Notes under the pieces: generated by a model | Database searches by the model: none | The model's input: the letters and a program-made list of their open reading frames with translations, nothing else | What the model was told of the DNA's origin: nothing | In this document: positions 12,601 to 27,400 of the stretch, piece by piece | Numbering within the stretch: position 1 is the first letter of the stretch | Layout: each line of letters begins with the position of its first letter | Assembly: GCF_009914755.1 (NCBI RefSeq) | Contig: NC_060925.1 | Source of the DNA: the human T2T-CHM13v2.0 reference genome, Homo sapiens | Reading direction: 5' to 3' (one strand) | Length of the DNA: 64,000 nucleotides | Made by a program: the position numbers and the translations under genes

Positions 12601-15600
12601 CGAATGGTCTCGAGTGTAATCAGATTCTAATGGAAAGGAATGGAATCATCGCATAGAATCGAATGGAATTAACATTGAATGGACTCGAATGGAATCAACA
12701 TCAAACGGAATCAAGCGGAATTATCGAATGGAATCGAAGAGAATCATCGAATGGTCTCGAATGGAATCATATTCTAATGGAAAGGAATGGAATTATCGCA
12801 TAGAATCGAATGGAATTAACATTGAATGGACTCGAATGGAATCAACATCAAATGGAATCAAGCGGAATTATCGAATGAAATCGAAGAGAATCATCGAATG
12901 GACTCGAATGGAATCATCTAATGGAATGGAATGGAATAATCCACGGACTCGAATGCAATCATCATCGTATAGAATCGAATGGAATCATCGAATGGACTCG
13001 AATGGAATAACCATTGAACGGAAGCGAATGGAATCATCATCGGATGGAAACGAATGGAATCATCATCGAATGGAAATGTAAGGAGTCATCATCTAATGGA
13101 ATTGCATGGAATCATCATAAAATGGAATCGAATGGAATCATCATCAAATGGAATCAAATGGAATCATTGAACGGAATTGAATGGAATCGTCATCGAATGA
13201 ATTGAATGCAATCATCGAATGGTCTCGAATGGAATCATCTTCAAATGGAATGGAATGGAATCATCGCATAGAATCGAATGGAATTATCATCGAATGGAAT
13301 CGAATGGTATCAACATCAAACGGAAAAAAACGGAATTATCGAATGGAATCGAAGAGAATCTTCGAACGGACCCGAATGGAATCATCTAATGGAATGGAAT
13401 GGAATAATCCATGGACTCGAATGCAATTATCATCGAATGGAATCGAATGGAATCTTTGAATGGACTCGAATGGAATAATCATTGAACGGAATCGAATGGA
13501 ATCATCATCGGATGGAAACGAATGGAATCATCATCGAATGGAAATGAAAGGAGTCATCATCTAATGGAATTGCATGGAATCATCATAAAATGGAATCGAA
13601 TGGAATCAACATCAAATGGAATCAAATGGAATCATTGAACGGAATTGAATGGAATCGTCATCGAATGAATTGAATGCAATCATCGAATGGTCTCGAATGG
13701 AATCATCTTCAAATGGAATGGAATGGAATCATCGCATAGAATCGAATGGAATTATCATCGAATGGAATCGAATGGAATCAACATCAAACGGAAAAAAACG
13801 GAATTATCGAATGGAATCGAAGAGAATCATCGAATGGACCCGAATGGAATCATCTAATGGAATGGAATGGAATAATCCATGGACTCGAATGCAATCATCA
13901 TCGAATGGAATCGAATGGAATCATCGAATGGACTCAAATGGAATAATCATTGAACGGAATCGAATGGAATCATCATCGGATGGAAATGAATGGAATCATC
14001 ATCGAATGGAATCGAATAGAATTATGGAATGAAATCCAGTGTGATCATCATCGAATGGACCCGAATGGAATCATCATCCAACAGAAGCTAATGGAATCAA
14101 CCTCGAATGAATCGAATGGAAACACCATCGATTTCAAACGAATGGAATTACCATGAAATTGAAATGGATGGACTCATCATCGAATGGATTCGGATGGAAT
14201 CATCGAATAAAATTGATTGAAATCATCATCGAATGAAATCGAATGGTATCATTGAATGGAATCGAATGGAATCATCATCAGATGGAAATGAATGGAATCG
14301 TCATAGAATGGAATCGAATGGATTCATTGAATGGAATCAGATGGAATCATCGAATGGACTGGAATGGAATCATTGAATGGACTCGAAAGGGATCATGATT
14401 GAATGGAATTGAATGGAATCATCGAATGGTCTCGATTGGAATCATTATCAAATGGAATCGAATGGAATCACCGAATAGAATCGAATGGAACAATCATCGA
14501 ATGGACTCAAATGGAATTATCCTTAAATGGAATCGAATGGAATTATCGAATGCAATCGAATAGAATCATCGAATGGACTCGAATGGAATCATCGAACGGA
14601 ATGGAATGGAACAGTCAATGAACTCGAATGGAATCATCATTGAATGGAATCGAATGGAATCATCGAGTGGAATCGAATGGAATTATGATCAAATGGAATC
14701 GAATGTAATCATCATCAAATGGAATCAAAAATAACCATCATCAATTGGTATTGAATGGAATTGTCATCAAATGGAATTCAAAGGAATCATCATCAAATGG
14801 AACCGAATGGAATCCTCATTGAATGGAAATGAAAGGGGTCATCATCTAATGGAATCGCATGGAATCATCGTCAAATGGAATCGAATGGAATCATCATCAA
14901 ATGGAATCTAATGGAATCATTGAACAGAATTGAATGGAATCGTCATCGAATGAATTGAATGCAATCATCGAATGGTCTCGAATGGAATCATCTTCTAATG
15001 GAAAGGAATGGAATCATCGCATAGAATCGAATGGAATTATCATCGAATGGAATCGAATGGTATCAACACCAAACGGAAAAAAACGGAATTATCGAATGGA
15101 ATCGAAGAGAATCTTCGAACGGACCCGAATGGAATCATCTAATGGAATGGAATGGAATAATCCATGGACTCGAATGCAATCATCATCGAATGGAATCGAA
15201 TGGAATCATCGAATGGACTCGAATGGAATAATCATTGAACGGAATCGAATGGAATCATCATCGGATGGAAACGAATGGAATCATCATCGAATGGAAATGA
15301 AAGGAGTCATCATCTAATGGAATTGCATGGAATCATCATAAAATGGAATCGAATGGAATCAACATCAAATGGAATCAAATGGAATCATTGAACGGAATTG
15401 AATGGAATCGTCATCAAATGAATTGACTGTAATCATCGAATGGTCTCGAATGTAATCAGATTCTAATGGAAAGGAATGGAATCATCGCATAGAATCGAAT
15501 GGAATGAACATTGAATGGACTCGAATGGAATCAACATCAAACGGAATCAAGCGGAATTATCGAATGGAATCGAAGAGAATCATCGAATGGTCTCGAATGG

Positions 15601-16699
15601 AATCATCTTCAAATGGAATGGAATGGAATCATCGCATAGAATCGAATGGAATTATCATCGAATGGAATCGAATGGAATCAACATCAAACGGAAAAAAACG
15701 GAATTATCGAATGGAATCGAAGAGAATCATAGAATGGTCCCGAATGGAATCGTCTAATGGAATGGAATGGAATAATCCATGGACTCGAATGCAATCATCA
15801 TCGAATGGAATCGAATGGAATCATCGAATGGACTCGAATGGAATAATCATCGAACGGAATCGAATGGAATCATCATCGGATGGAAATGAATAGAATCATC
15901 ATCGAATGGAATCGAATAGAATTATGGAATGAAATCCAGTGTGATCATCATCGAATGGACCCGAATGGAATCATCATCCAACGGAAGCTAATGGAATCAA
16001 CATCGAATGAATCGAATGGAAACACCATCGAATTGAAACGAATGGAATTATCATGAAATTGAAATGGATGGACTCATCATCGAATGGATTCGAATGGAAT
16101 CATCGAATAAAATTGATTGAAATCATCATCAAATGGAATCGAATGGTATCATTGAATGGAATCGAATGGAATCATCATCAGATGGAAATGAATGGAATCG
16201 TCATAGAATGGAATCGAATGGATTCATTGAATGGAATCAGATGGAATCATCGAATGGACTGGAATGGAATCATTGAATGGACTCGAAAGGGATCATGATT
16301 GAATGGAATTGAATGGAATCATCGAATGGTCTCGATTGGAATCATTATCAAATGGAATCGAATGGAATCACCGAATAGAATCGAATGGAACAATCATCGA
16401 ATGGAGTCAAATGGAATTATCCTCAAATGGAATCGAATGGAATTATCGAATGCAATCGAATGGAATTATCGAATGCAATCGAATAGAATCATCGAATGGG
16501 CTCGAATGGAATCATCGAATGGAATGGAATGGAACAGTCAATGAACTCGAATGGAATCATCATTGAATGGAATCGAATGCAATCATCGAGTGGAATCGAA
16601 TGGAATTATGATCAAATGCAATCGAATGTAATCATCATCAAATGGAATCAAAAATAACCATCATCAATTGGTATTGAATGGAATTGTCATCAAATGGAA

Positions 16700-19600
16700 T
16701 TCAAAGGAATCATCACCAAATGGAACCGAAAGGAATCCTCATTGAATGGAAATGAAAGGGGTCATCATCTAATGGAATCGCATGGAATCATCATCAAATG
16801 GAATCGAATGGAATCATCATCAGATGGAATCTAATGGAATCATTGAACAGAATTGAATGGAATCGTCATCGAATGAATTGAATGCAATCATCGAATGGTC
16901 TCGAACGGAATCATCTTCTAATGGAAAGGAATGGAATCATCGCATAGAATCGAATGGAATTAACATTGAATGGACTCGAATGGAATCAACATCAAACGGA
17001 ATCAAGCGGAATTATCGAATGGAATCGAAGAGAATCATCGAATGGACTCGAATGGAATCATCTAATGGAATGGAATGGAATAATCCACGGACTCGAATGC
17101 AATCATCATCGTATAGAATCGAATGGAATCATCGAAAGGACTCGAAAGGAATAATCATTGAACGGAATCGAATGGAATCATCATCGGATGGAAACGAATG
17201 GAATCATCATCGAATGGAAATGAAAGGAGTCATCATCTAATGGAATTGCATGGAATCATCATAAAATGGAATCGAATGGAATCATCATCAAATGGAATCA
17301 AATGGAATCATTGAACGGAATTGAATGGAATCGTCATCGAATGAATTGAATGCAATCATCGAATGGTCTCGAATGGAATCATCTTCAAATGGAATGGAAT
17401 GGAATCATCGCATAGAATCGAATGGAATTATCATCGAATGGAATCGAATGGAATCAACATCAAATGGAAAAAAACGGAATTATCGAATGGAATCGAAGAG
17501 AATCATCGAATGGACCCGAATGGAATCATCTAATGGAATGGAATGGAATAATCCATGGACACGAATGCAATCATCATCGAATGGAATCGAATGGAATCAT
17601 CGAATGGACTCGAATGGAATAATCATCAAACGGAATCGAATGGAATCATCATCGGATGGAAATGAATAGAATCATCATCGAATGGAATCGAATAGAATTA
17701 TGGAATGAAATCCAGTGTGATCATCATCGAATGGACCCGAATGGAATCATCATCCAACGGAAGCTAATGGAATCAACATCGAATGAATCGAATGGAAACA
17801 CCATCGAATTGAAACGAATGGAATTATCATGAAATTGAAATGGATGGACTCATCATCGAATGGATTCGAATGGAATCATCGAATAAAATTGATTGAAATC
17901 ATCATCAAATGGAATCGAATGGTATCATTGAATGGAATCGAATGGAATCATCATCAGATGGAAATGAATGGAATCGTCATAGAATGGAATCGAATGGATT
18001 CATTGAATGGAATCAGATGGAATCATCGAATGGACTGGAATGGAATCACTGAATGGACTCGAAAGGGATCATCATTGAATGGAATTGAATGGAATCATCG
18101 AATGGTCTCGATTGGAATCATTATCAAATGGAATCGAATGAAATCACCGAATAGAATCGAATGGAACAATCATCGAATGGACTCAAATGGAATTATCTTC
18201 AAATGGAATCGAATGGAATTATCGAATGCAATCGAATAGAATCATCGAATGGACTCGAATGGAATCATCAAATGGAATGGAATGGAACAGTCAATGAACT
18301 CGAATGGAATCATCATTGAATGGAATCGAATGGAATCATCGAGTGGAATCGAATGGAATTATGATCAAATGGAATCGAATGTAATCATCATCAAATGGAA
18401 TCAAAAATAACCATCATCAATTGGTATTGTATGGATTTGTCATCAAATGGAATTCAAAGGAATCATCATCAAATGGAACCGAATGGAATCCTCATTGAAT
18501 GGAAATGAAAGGGGTCATCATCTAATGGAATCGCATGGAATCATCATCAAATGGAATCGAATGCAATCTTCATCAAATGGAATCTAATGGAATCATTGAA
18601 CAGAATTGAATGGAATCGTCATCGAATGAATTGAATGCAATCATCGAATGGTCTCGAATGGAATCATCTTCTAATGGAAAGGAATGGAATCATCGCATAG
18701 AATCGAATGGAATTAACATTGAATGGACTCGAATGGAATCCACATCAAACGGAATCAAGCGGAATTATCGAATGGAATCGAAGAGAATCATCGAATGGAC
18801 TCGAATGGAATCATCTAATGGAATGGAATGGAATAATCCACGGACTCGAATGCAATCATCATCGTATAGAATCGAATGGAATCATCGAATGGACTCGAAT
18901 GGAATAATCATTGAACGGAATCAAATGGAATCATCATCGGATGGAAACGAATGGAATCATCATCGAATGGAAATGAAAAGAGTCATCATCTAATGGAATT
19001 GCATGGAATCATCATAAAATGGAATCGAATGGAATCAACATCAAATGGAATCAAATGGAATCATTGAACGGAATTGAATGGAATCGTCATCGAATGAATT
19101 GAATGCAATCATCGAATGGTCTCGAATGGAATCATCTTCAAATGGAATGGTATGGAATCCTCGCATAGAATCGAATGTAATTATCATCGAATGGAATCGA
19201 ATGAAATCAACAACAAACGGAAAAAAAAGGAATTATCGAATGGAATCGAAGAGAATCATCGAATGGACCCGAATGGAATGATCTAATGGAATGGAATGGA
19301 ATAATCCATGGACTCGAATGCAATCATCATCGAATGGAATCGAATCGAATCATCGAATGGACTCGAATGGAATAATCATTGAACGGAATCGCATGGAGGC
19401 ATCATCGGATGGAACTGAATGGAATCATCATCGAATGGAATCGAATAGAATTATGGAATGAAATCCAGGGTGATCATCATCGAATGGACCCGAATGGAAT
19501 CATCATCCCACGGAAGCTAATGGAATCAACATCGAATGAATCGAATGGAAACACCATCGAATTGAAACGAATGGAATTATCATGAAAGTGAAATGGATGG

Positions 19601-21370
19601 ACTCGTCATCGAATGGATTCGAATGGAATCATCGAATAAAATTGATTGAAATCATCATCAAGTGGAATCGAATGGTATCATTGAATGGAATCGAATGGAA
19701 TCATCAGATGGAAATGAATTGAATCGTCATAGAATGGAATCGAATGGATTCATTGAATGGAATCAGATGGAATCATCGAATGGACTGGAATGGAATCATT
19801 GAATGGACTCGAAAGGGATCATTATTGAATGGAATTGAATGGAATCATCGAATGGTCTCGATTGGAATCATTATCAAATGCAATCGAATGGAATCACCGA
19901 ATAGAATCGAATGGAACAATCATCGAATGGACACAAATGGAATTATCCTCAAATGGAATCGAATGGAATTATCGAATGCAATCGAATGGAATTATCGAAT
20001 GCAATCGAATAGAATCATCGAATAGATTCGAATGGAATCATCGAATGGAATGGAATGGAACAGTCAATGAACTCGAATGGAATCATCATTGAATGGAATC
20101 AAATGGAATCATCGAGTGGAATCGAATGGAATTTTGATCAAAAAGAATCAAATGTAATAATCATCAAATGGAATCAAAAATAACCATCATCAATTGGTAT
20201 TGAATGGAATTGTCATCAAATGGAATTCAAAGGAATCATCATCAAATGGAACCGAATGGAATCCTCATTGAATGGAAATGAAAGGGGTCATCATCTAATG
20301 GAATCACATGGAATCATCATCAAATGGAATCGAAAGGAATCATCATCAAATGGAATCTAATGGAATCATTGAACAGAATTGAATGGAATCGTCATCGAAT
20401 GAATTGAATACAATCATCGAATGGTCTCGAATGGAATCATCTTCTAATGGAAAGGAATGGAATCATCGCATAGAATCGAATGGAATTAACATTGAATGGA
20501 CTCGAATGGAATCAACATCTAACGGAATCAAGCGGAATTATCGAATGTAATCGAAGAGAACCATCGAATGGACTCGAATGGAATCATCTAATGGAATGGA
20601 ATGGAATAATCCACGGACCCGAATGCAATCATCATCGTATAGAATCGAATGGAATCATTGAATGGACTCGAATGGAATCATCATTGAACGCAATCGAATG
20701 GAATCATCATCGGATGGAAACGAATGGAATTATCATCGAATGGAAATGAAAGGAGTCATCATCTAATGGAATCGCATGGAATCATCATAAAATGGAATCG
20801 AATGGAATCAACATCAAATGGAATCAAATGGAATCATTGAACGGAATTGAATGGAATCGTCATCGTATGAATTGAATGCAATCATCGAATGGTCTCGAAT
20901 GGAATCATCTTCAAATGGAATGGAATGGAATCATCGCATAGAATCGAATGGAATTATCATCGAATGGAATCGAAAGGTATCAACATCAAACGGAAAAAAA
21001 CGGAATTATCGAATGGAATCGAAGAGAATCATCGAACGGACCCGAATGGAATCATCTAATGGAAAGGAATGGAATAATCCATGGACTCGAATCCAATAAT
21101 CATCGAATGGAATCGAATGGAATCATTGAAAGGACTCTAATGGAATAATCATTGAACGGAATCGAATGGAATCATCATCGAATGGAAACTAATGGAATCA
21201 TCATCGAATGGAAATGAAAGGAGTCATCTAATGGAATTGCACGGAATCAACATAAAATGGAATCGAATGGAATCAACATCAAATGGAATGAAATGGAATC
21301 ATTGAACGGAATTGAATGGAATCTTCATCGAATGAATTGAATGCAATCATCGAATGGTCTCGAATGGAAT
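16700..21370 (+). repeat. Diverged ~4.6-kb block X, duplicated at ~26000-30680
   Basis: Private variants (TCTCGAACGG, GAATGGTATGGAATCCTCGC, GAATGATCTAA, GAATCGAATCGAATC, AATACAATC, TCGTATGAATT, TTGCACGG) recur at offsets of 9291 and then 9314 bp. Confidence 0.85.
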
Positions 21371-23100
21371 CATCTTCTAATGGAAAGTAATGGAATCATC
21401 GCATAGAATCGAATGGAATTAAAATTGAATGGACTCGAATGGAATCAACATCAAACGGAAAAAAAGGGAATTATCGAATGGAATCGAAGAGAATCATCGA
21501 ATGGACCCGAATGGAATCATCTAATGGAATGGAATGGAATAATCCATGGACTCGAATGCAATCATCATCGAATGGAATCGAATGGAATCATCGAATGGAC
21601 TCGAATGGAATAATCATTGAACGGAATCGAATGGAATCATCATCGGATGGAAACGAATGGAATCATCATCGAATGGAAATGAAAGGAGTCATGTAATGGA
21701 ATTACATGGAATCATCATAAAATGGAATTGAATGGAATCAACATCAAATGGAATCCAATGGAATCATTGAACGGAATTGAATGAATCGTCTTCGAATCAA
21801 TTGAATGCAATCATCGAATGGTCTCGAATGGAATCATGTTCAAATGGAATGGAATGGAATCATCGCATAGAATCGAATGTAATTATCGTCGAATGGAATC
21901 GAATGAAATCAACAACAAACGGAAAAAAAAAGGAATTATCGAATGGAATCAAAGAGAATCATCGAATGGACCCGAATGGAATCATCTAATGGAATGGAAT
22001 GGAATAATCCATGGACTCGAATGCAATCATCATCGAATGGACTCGAATGGAATAATCATAGAACGGAATCGAATGGAATCATCATCGGATGGAAATTAAT
22101 GGAATCATCATCGAATGGAATCGAATAGAATTATGGAATGAAATCCAGTGTGATCATCATCGAATGCACCCGAATGGAATCATCATCCAACGGAATCTAA
22201 TGGAAACAACATCGAATGAATCGAATGGAAACACCATCGAATTGAAACGAGTGGAATTATCATGAAATTGAAATGGATGGACTCATCATCGAATGGATTC
22301 GAATGGAATCATCGAATAAAATTGATTGAAATCATCATCAAATGGAATCGAATGGTATCATTGAATGGAATCGAATGGAATCATCATCAGATGGAAATGA
22401 ATGGAATCGTCATAGAATGGAATCGAATGGATTCATTGAATGGAATCAGATGGAATCATCGAATGGACTGGAATGGAATCATTGAATGGACTCGAGAGGG
22501 ATCATTATTGAATGGAATTGAATGGAATCATGGAATGGTCTCGATTGGAATCATTATCAAATGGAATCGAATGGAATCACCGAACAGAATCGAATGGAAC
22601 CATCATCGAATGGACTCCAATGGAATTATCCTCAAATGGAATCGAATGGAATTATCGAATGCAATCGAATGGAATTATCGAATGCAGTCGAATAGAATCA
22701 TCGAATGGACTCGAATGGAATCATCGAATGGAATGGAATGGAACAGTCAATGAACTCGAATGGAATCATCATTGAATGGAATCGAATGGAATCATCGAGT
22801 GGAATCGAATGGAATTATGATCAAATGGAATCGAATGTAATCATCATCAAATGGAATCAAAGATAACCATCATCAATTGGTATTGAATGGAATTGTCATC
22901 AAATGGAATTCAAAGGAATCTTCACCAAATGGAACCGAAAGGAATCCTCATTGAATGGAAATGAAAGGGGTCATCATCTAATGGAATCGCATGCAATCAT
23001 CATCAAATGGAATCGAATGGAATCATCATCAGATGGAATCTAATGGAATCATTGAACAGAATTGAATGGAATCGTCATCGAATGAATTGAATGCAATCAT
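21370..23100 (+). repeat. Block Y, duplicated at ~24430-26150
   Basis: Shared GGAAAGTAATGG, AATTAAAATTG, GAATCAATTG, ATCATGTTC, CTCGAGAGGG and AAAGATAACC at offsets of 3058-3084 bp. Confidence 0.85.
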
Positions 23101-24400
23101 CGAATGGTCTCGAATGGAATCATCTTCAAATGGAATGGAATGGAATCATCGCATAGAATCGAATGGAATTATCATCGAATGGAATCGAATGGAATCAACA
23201 TCAAACGGAAAAAAACGGAATTATCGAATGGAATCGAAGAGAATCATAGAATGGTCCCGAATGGAATCGTCTAATGGAATGGAATGGAATAATCCATGGA
23301 CTCGAATGCAATCATCATCGAATGGAATCGAATGGAATCATCGAATGGACTCGAATGGAATAATCATTGAACGGAATCGAATGGAATCATCATCGGATGG
23401 AAATGAATGGAATCATTATCGAATGGAATCGAATAGAATTATGGAATGAAATCCAGTGTCATCATCATCGAATGGACCTGAATGGAATCATCATCCAACG
23501 GAAGCTAATGGAATCAACATCGAATGAATCGAATGGAAACACCATCGAATTGAAACGAGTGGAATTATCATGAAATTGAAATGGATGGACTCATCATCGA
23601 ATGGATTCGAATGGAATCATCGAATAAAATTGATTGAAATCATCATCAAATGGAATCGAATGGTAGCATTGAATGGAATCGAATGGAATCATCATCAGAT
23701 GGAAATGAATGGAATCGTCATAGAATGGAATCCAATGGATTCATTGAATGGAATCAGATGGAATCTTCGAATGGACTGGAATGGAATCATTGAATGGACT
23801 CAAAAGGGATCATTATTGAATGGAATTGAATGGAATCATCGAATGGTCTCGATTGGAATCATTATCAAATGGAATCGAATGGAATCACCGAATAGAATCG
23901 AATGGAACAATCATCGAATGGACTCAAATGAAATTATCCTCAAGTGGAATCGAATGGAATTATCGAATGCAATCGAATGGAATTATCGAATGCAATCGAA
24001 TAGAATCATCGAATGGACTCGAATGGAATCATCGAATGGAATGGAATGGAACAGTCAATGAACTCGAATGGAATCATCATTGAATGGAATCGAATGGAAT
24101 CATCGAGTGGAATCGAATGGAATTATGATCAAATGGAATCGAATGTAATCATCATCAAATGGAATCAAAAATAACCATCATCAATTGGTATTCAATGGAA
24201 TTGTCATCAAATGGAATTCAAAGGTATCATCATCAAATGGAACCGAATGGAATCCTCATTGAATGGAAATGAAAGGGGTCATCATCTAATGGAATCGCAT
24301 GGAATCATCATCAAATGGAATCGAATGGAATCATCATCAAATGGAATCTAATGGAATCATTGAACAGAATTGAATGGAATCGTCATCGAATGAATTGAAT
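23100..24400 (+). repeat. Block Z, copies at ~30680-31930 and ~37030-38090
   Basis: Shared CAGTGTCATC, AACGAGTGG, AATCTTCGAATGGACTGG, AAATGAAATTATCCTCAAGTGG, GGTATTCAATGG and AAAGGTATC, at an offset of 7564 bp and a further 6157 bp. Confidence 0.85.
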
Positions 24401-27400
24401 GCAATCATCGAATGGTCTCGAATGGAATCATCTTCTAATGGAAAGTAATGGAATCATCGCATAGAATCGAATGGAATTAAAATTGAATGGACTCGAATGG
24501 AATCAACATCAAACGGAAAAAAACGGAATTATCGAATGGAATCGAAGAGAATCATCGAACGGACCCGAATGGAATCATCTAATGGAATGGAATGGAATAA
24601 TCCATGGACTCGAATGCAATCATCATCGAATGGAATCGAATGGAATCATCGAATGGACTCGAATGGAATAATCATTGAACGGAATCGAATGGAATCATCA
24701 TCGGATGGAAAAGAATGGAATCATCATCGAATGGAAATGAAAGGAGTCATCATCTAATGGAATTGCATGGAATCATCATAAAATGGAATCGAATGGAATC
24801 AACATCAAATGGAATCCAATGGAATCATTGAACGGAATTGAATGGAATCGTCATCGAATCAATTGAATGCAATCATCGAATGGTCTCGAATGGAATCATG
24901 TTCAAATGGAATGGAATGGAATCATCGCATAGAATCGAATGTAATTATCATCGAATGGAATCGAATGAAATCAACAACAAACGGAAAAAAAAGGAATTAT
25001 CGAATGGAATCAAAGAGAATCATCGAATGGACACGAATGGAATCATCTAATGGAAGGGAATGGAATAATCCATGGACTCGAATGCAATCATCATCGAATG
25101 GAATCGAATGGAATCATCGAATGGACTCGAATGGAATAATCATAGAACGGAATCGAATGGAATCATCATCGGATGGAAATGAATGGAATCACCATCGAAT
25201 GGAATCGAATAGAATTATGGTATGAAATCCAGTGTGATCATCATCGAATGGACCCGAAGGGAATCATCATCCAACGGAAGCTAATGGAAACAACATCGAA
25301 TGAATCGAATGGAAACACCATCGAATTGAAACGAGTGGAATTATCATGAAATTGAAATGGATGGACTCATCATCGAATGGATTCGAATGGAATCATCGAA
25401 TAAAATTGATTGAAATCATCATCAAATGGAATCGAATGGTATCATTGAATGGAATCGAATGGAATCATCATCAGATGGAAATGAATGGAATCGTCATAGA
25501 ATGGAATCGAATGGATTCATTGAATGGAATCAGATGGAATCATCGAATGGACTGGAATGGAATCATTGAATGGACTCGAGAGGGATCATTATTGAATGGA
25601 TGAATGGAATCATGGAATGGTCTCGATTGGAATCATTATCAAATGGAATCGAATGGAATCACCGAATAGAATCGAATGGAACAATCATCGAATGGACTCC
25701 AATGGAATTATCCTCAAATGGAATCGAATGGAATTATCGAATGCAATCGAATGGAATTATCGAATGCAATCGAATAGAATCATCGAATGGACTCGAATGG
25801 AATCATCGAATGGAATGGAATGGAACAGTCAATGAACTCGAATGGAATCATCATTGAATGGAATCGAATGGAATCATCGAGTGGAATCGAATGGAATTAT
25901 GATCAAATGGAATCGAATGTAATCATCATCAAATGGAATCAAAGATAACCATCATCAATTGGTATTGAATGGAATTGTCATCAAATGGAATTCAAAGGAA
26001 TCATCACCAAATGGAACCGAAAGGAATCCTCATTGAATGGAAATGAAAGGGGTCATCATCTAATGGAATCGCATGGAATCATCATCAAATGGAATCGAAT
26101 GGAATCATCATCAGATGGAATCTAATGGAATCATTGAACAGAATTGAATGGAATCGTCATCGAATGAATTGAATGCAATCATCGAATGGTCTCGAACGGA
26201 ATCATCTTCTAATGGAAAGGAATGGAATCATCGCATAGAATCGAATGGAATTAACATTGAATGGACTCGAATGGAATCAACATCAAACGGAATCAAGCGG
26301 AATTATCGAATGGAATCGAAGAGAATCATCGAATGGACTCGAATGGAATCATCTAATGGAATGGAATGGAATAATCCACGGACTCGAATGCAATCATCAT
26401 CGTATAGAATCGAATGGAATCATCGAAAGGACTCGAAAGGAATAATCATTGAACGGAATCGAATGGAATCATCATCGGATGGAAACTAATGGAATCATCA
26501 TCGAATGGAAATGAAAGGAGTCATCATCTAATGGAATTGCATGGAATCATCATAAAATGGAATCGAATGGAATCATCATCAAATGGAATCAAATGGAATC
26601 ATTGAACGGAATTGAATGGAATCGTCATCGAATGAATTGAATGCAATCATCCAATGGTCTCGAATGTAATCATCTTCAAATGGAATGGAATGGAATCATC
26701 GCATAGAATCGAATGGAATTATCATCGAATGGAATCGAATGGAATCAACATCAAATGGAAAAAAACGGAATTATCGAATGGAATCGAAGAGAATCATCGA
26801 ATGGACCCGAATGGAATCATCTAATGGAATGGAATGGAATAATCCATGAACTCGAATGCAATCATCATCGAATGGAATCGAATGGAATCATCGAATGGAC
26901 TCGAATGGAATAATCATCAAACGGAATCGAATGGAATCATCATCGGATGGAAATGAATAGAATCATCATCGAATGGAATCGAATAGAATTATGGAATGAA
27001 ATCCAGTGTGATCATCATCGAATGGACCCGAATGGAATCATCATCCAACGGAAGCTAATGGAATCAACATCGAATGAATCGAATGGAAACACCATCGAAT
27101 TGAAACGAATGGAATTATCATGAAATTGAAATGGATGGACTCATCATCGAATGGATTCGAATGGAATCATCGAATAAAATTGATTGAAATCATCATCAAA
27201 TGGAATCGAATGGTATCATTGAATGGAATCGAATGGAATCATCATCAGATGGAAATGAATGGAATCGTCATAGAATGGAATCGAATGGATTCATTGAGTG
27301 GAATCAGATGGAATCATCGAATGGACTGGAATGGAATCACTGAATGGACTCGAAAGGGATCATCATTGAATGGAATTGAATGGAATCATCGAATGGTCTC

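Larger units (their letters stand above)
317..14152 (+). repeat. Local 4612-bp higher-order repeat (1776 + 2836 bp), three tandem copies
   Basis: Landmark spacings alternate 1776/2836 three times. The 2836-bp units share a 23-bp deletion (CCTTAAATGG variant), a 147-bp duplication, GAAGCG, GAAATGTAAGG and GAATCTTTGAA. Confidence 0.9.
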
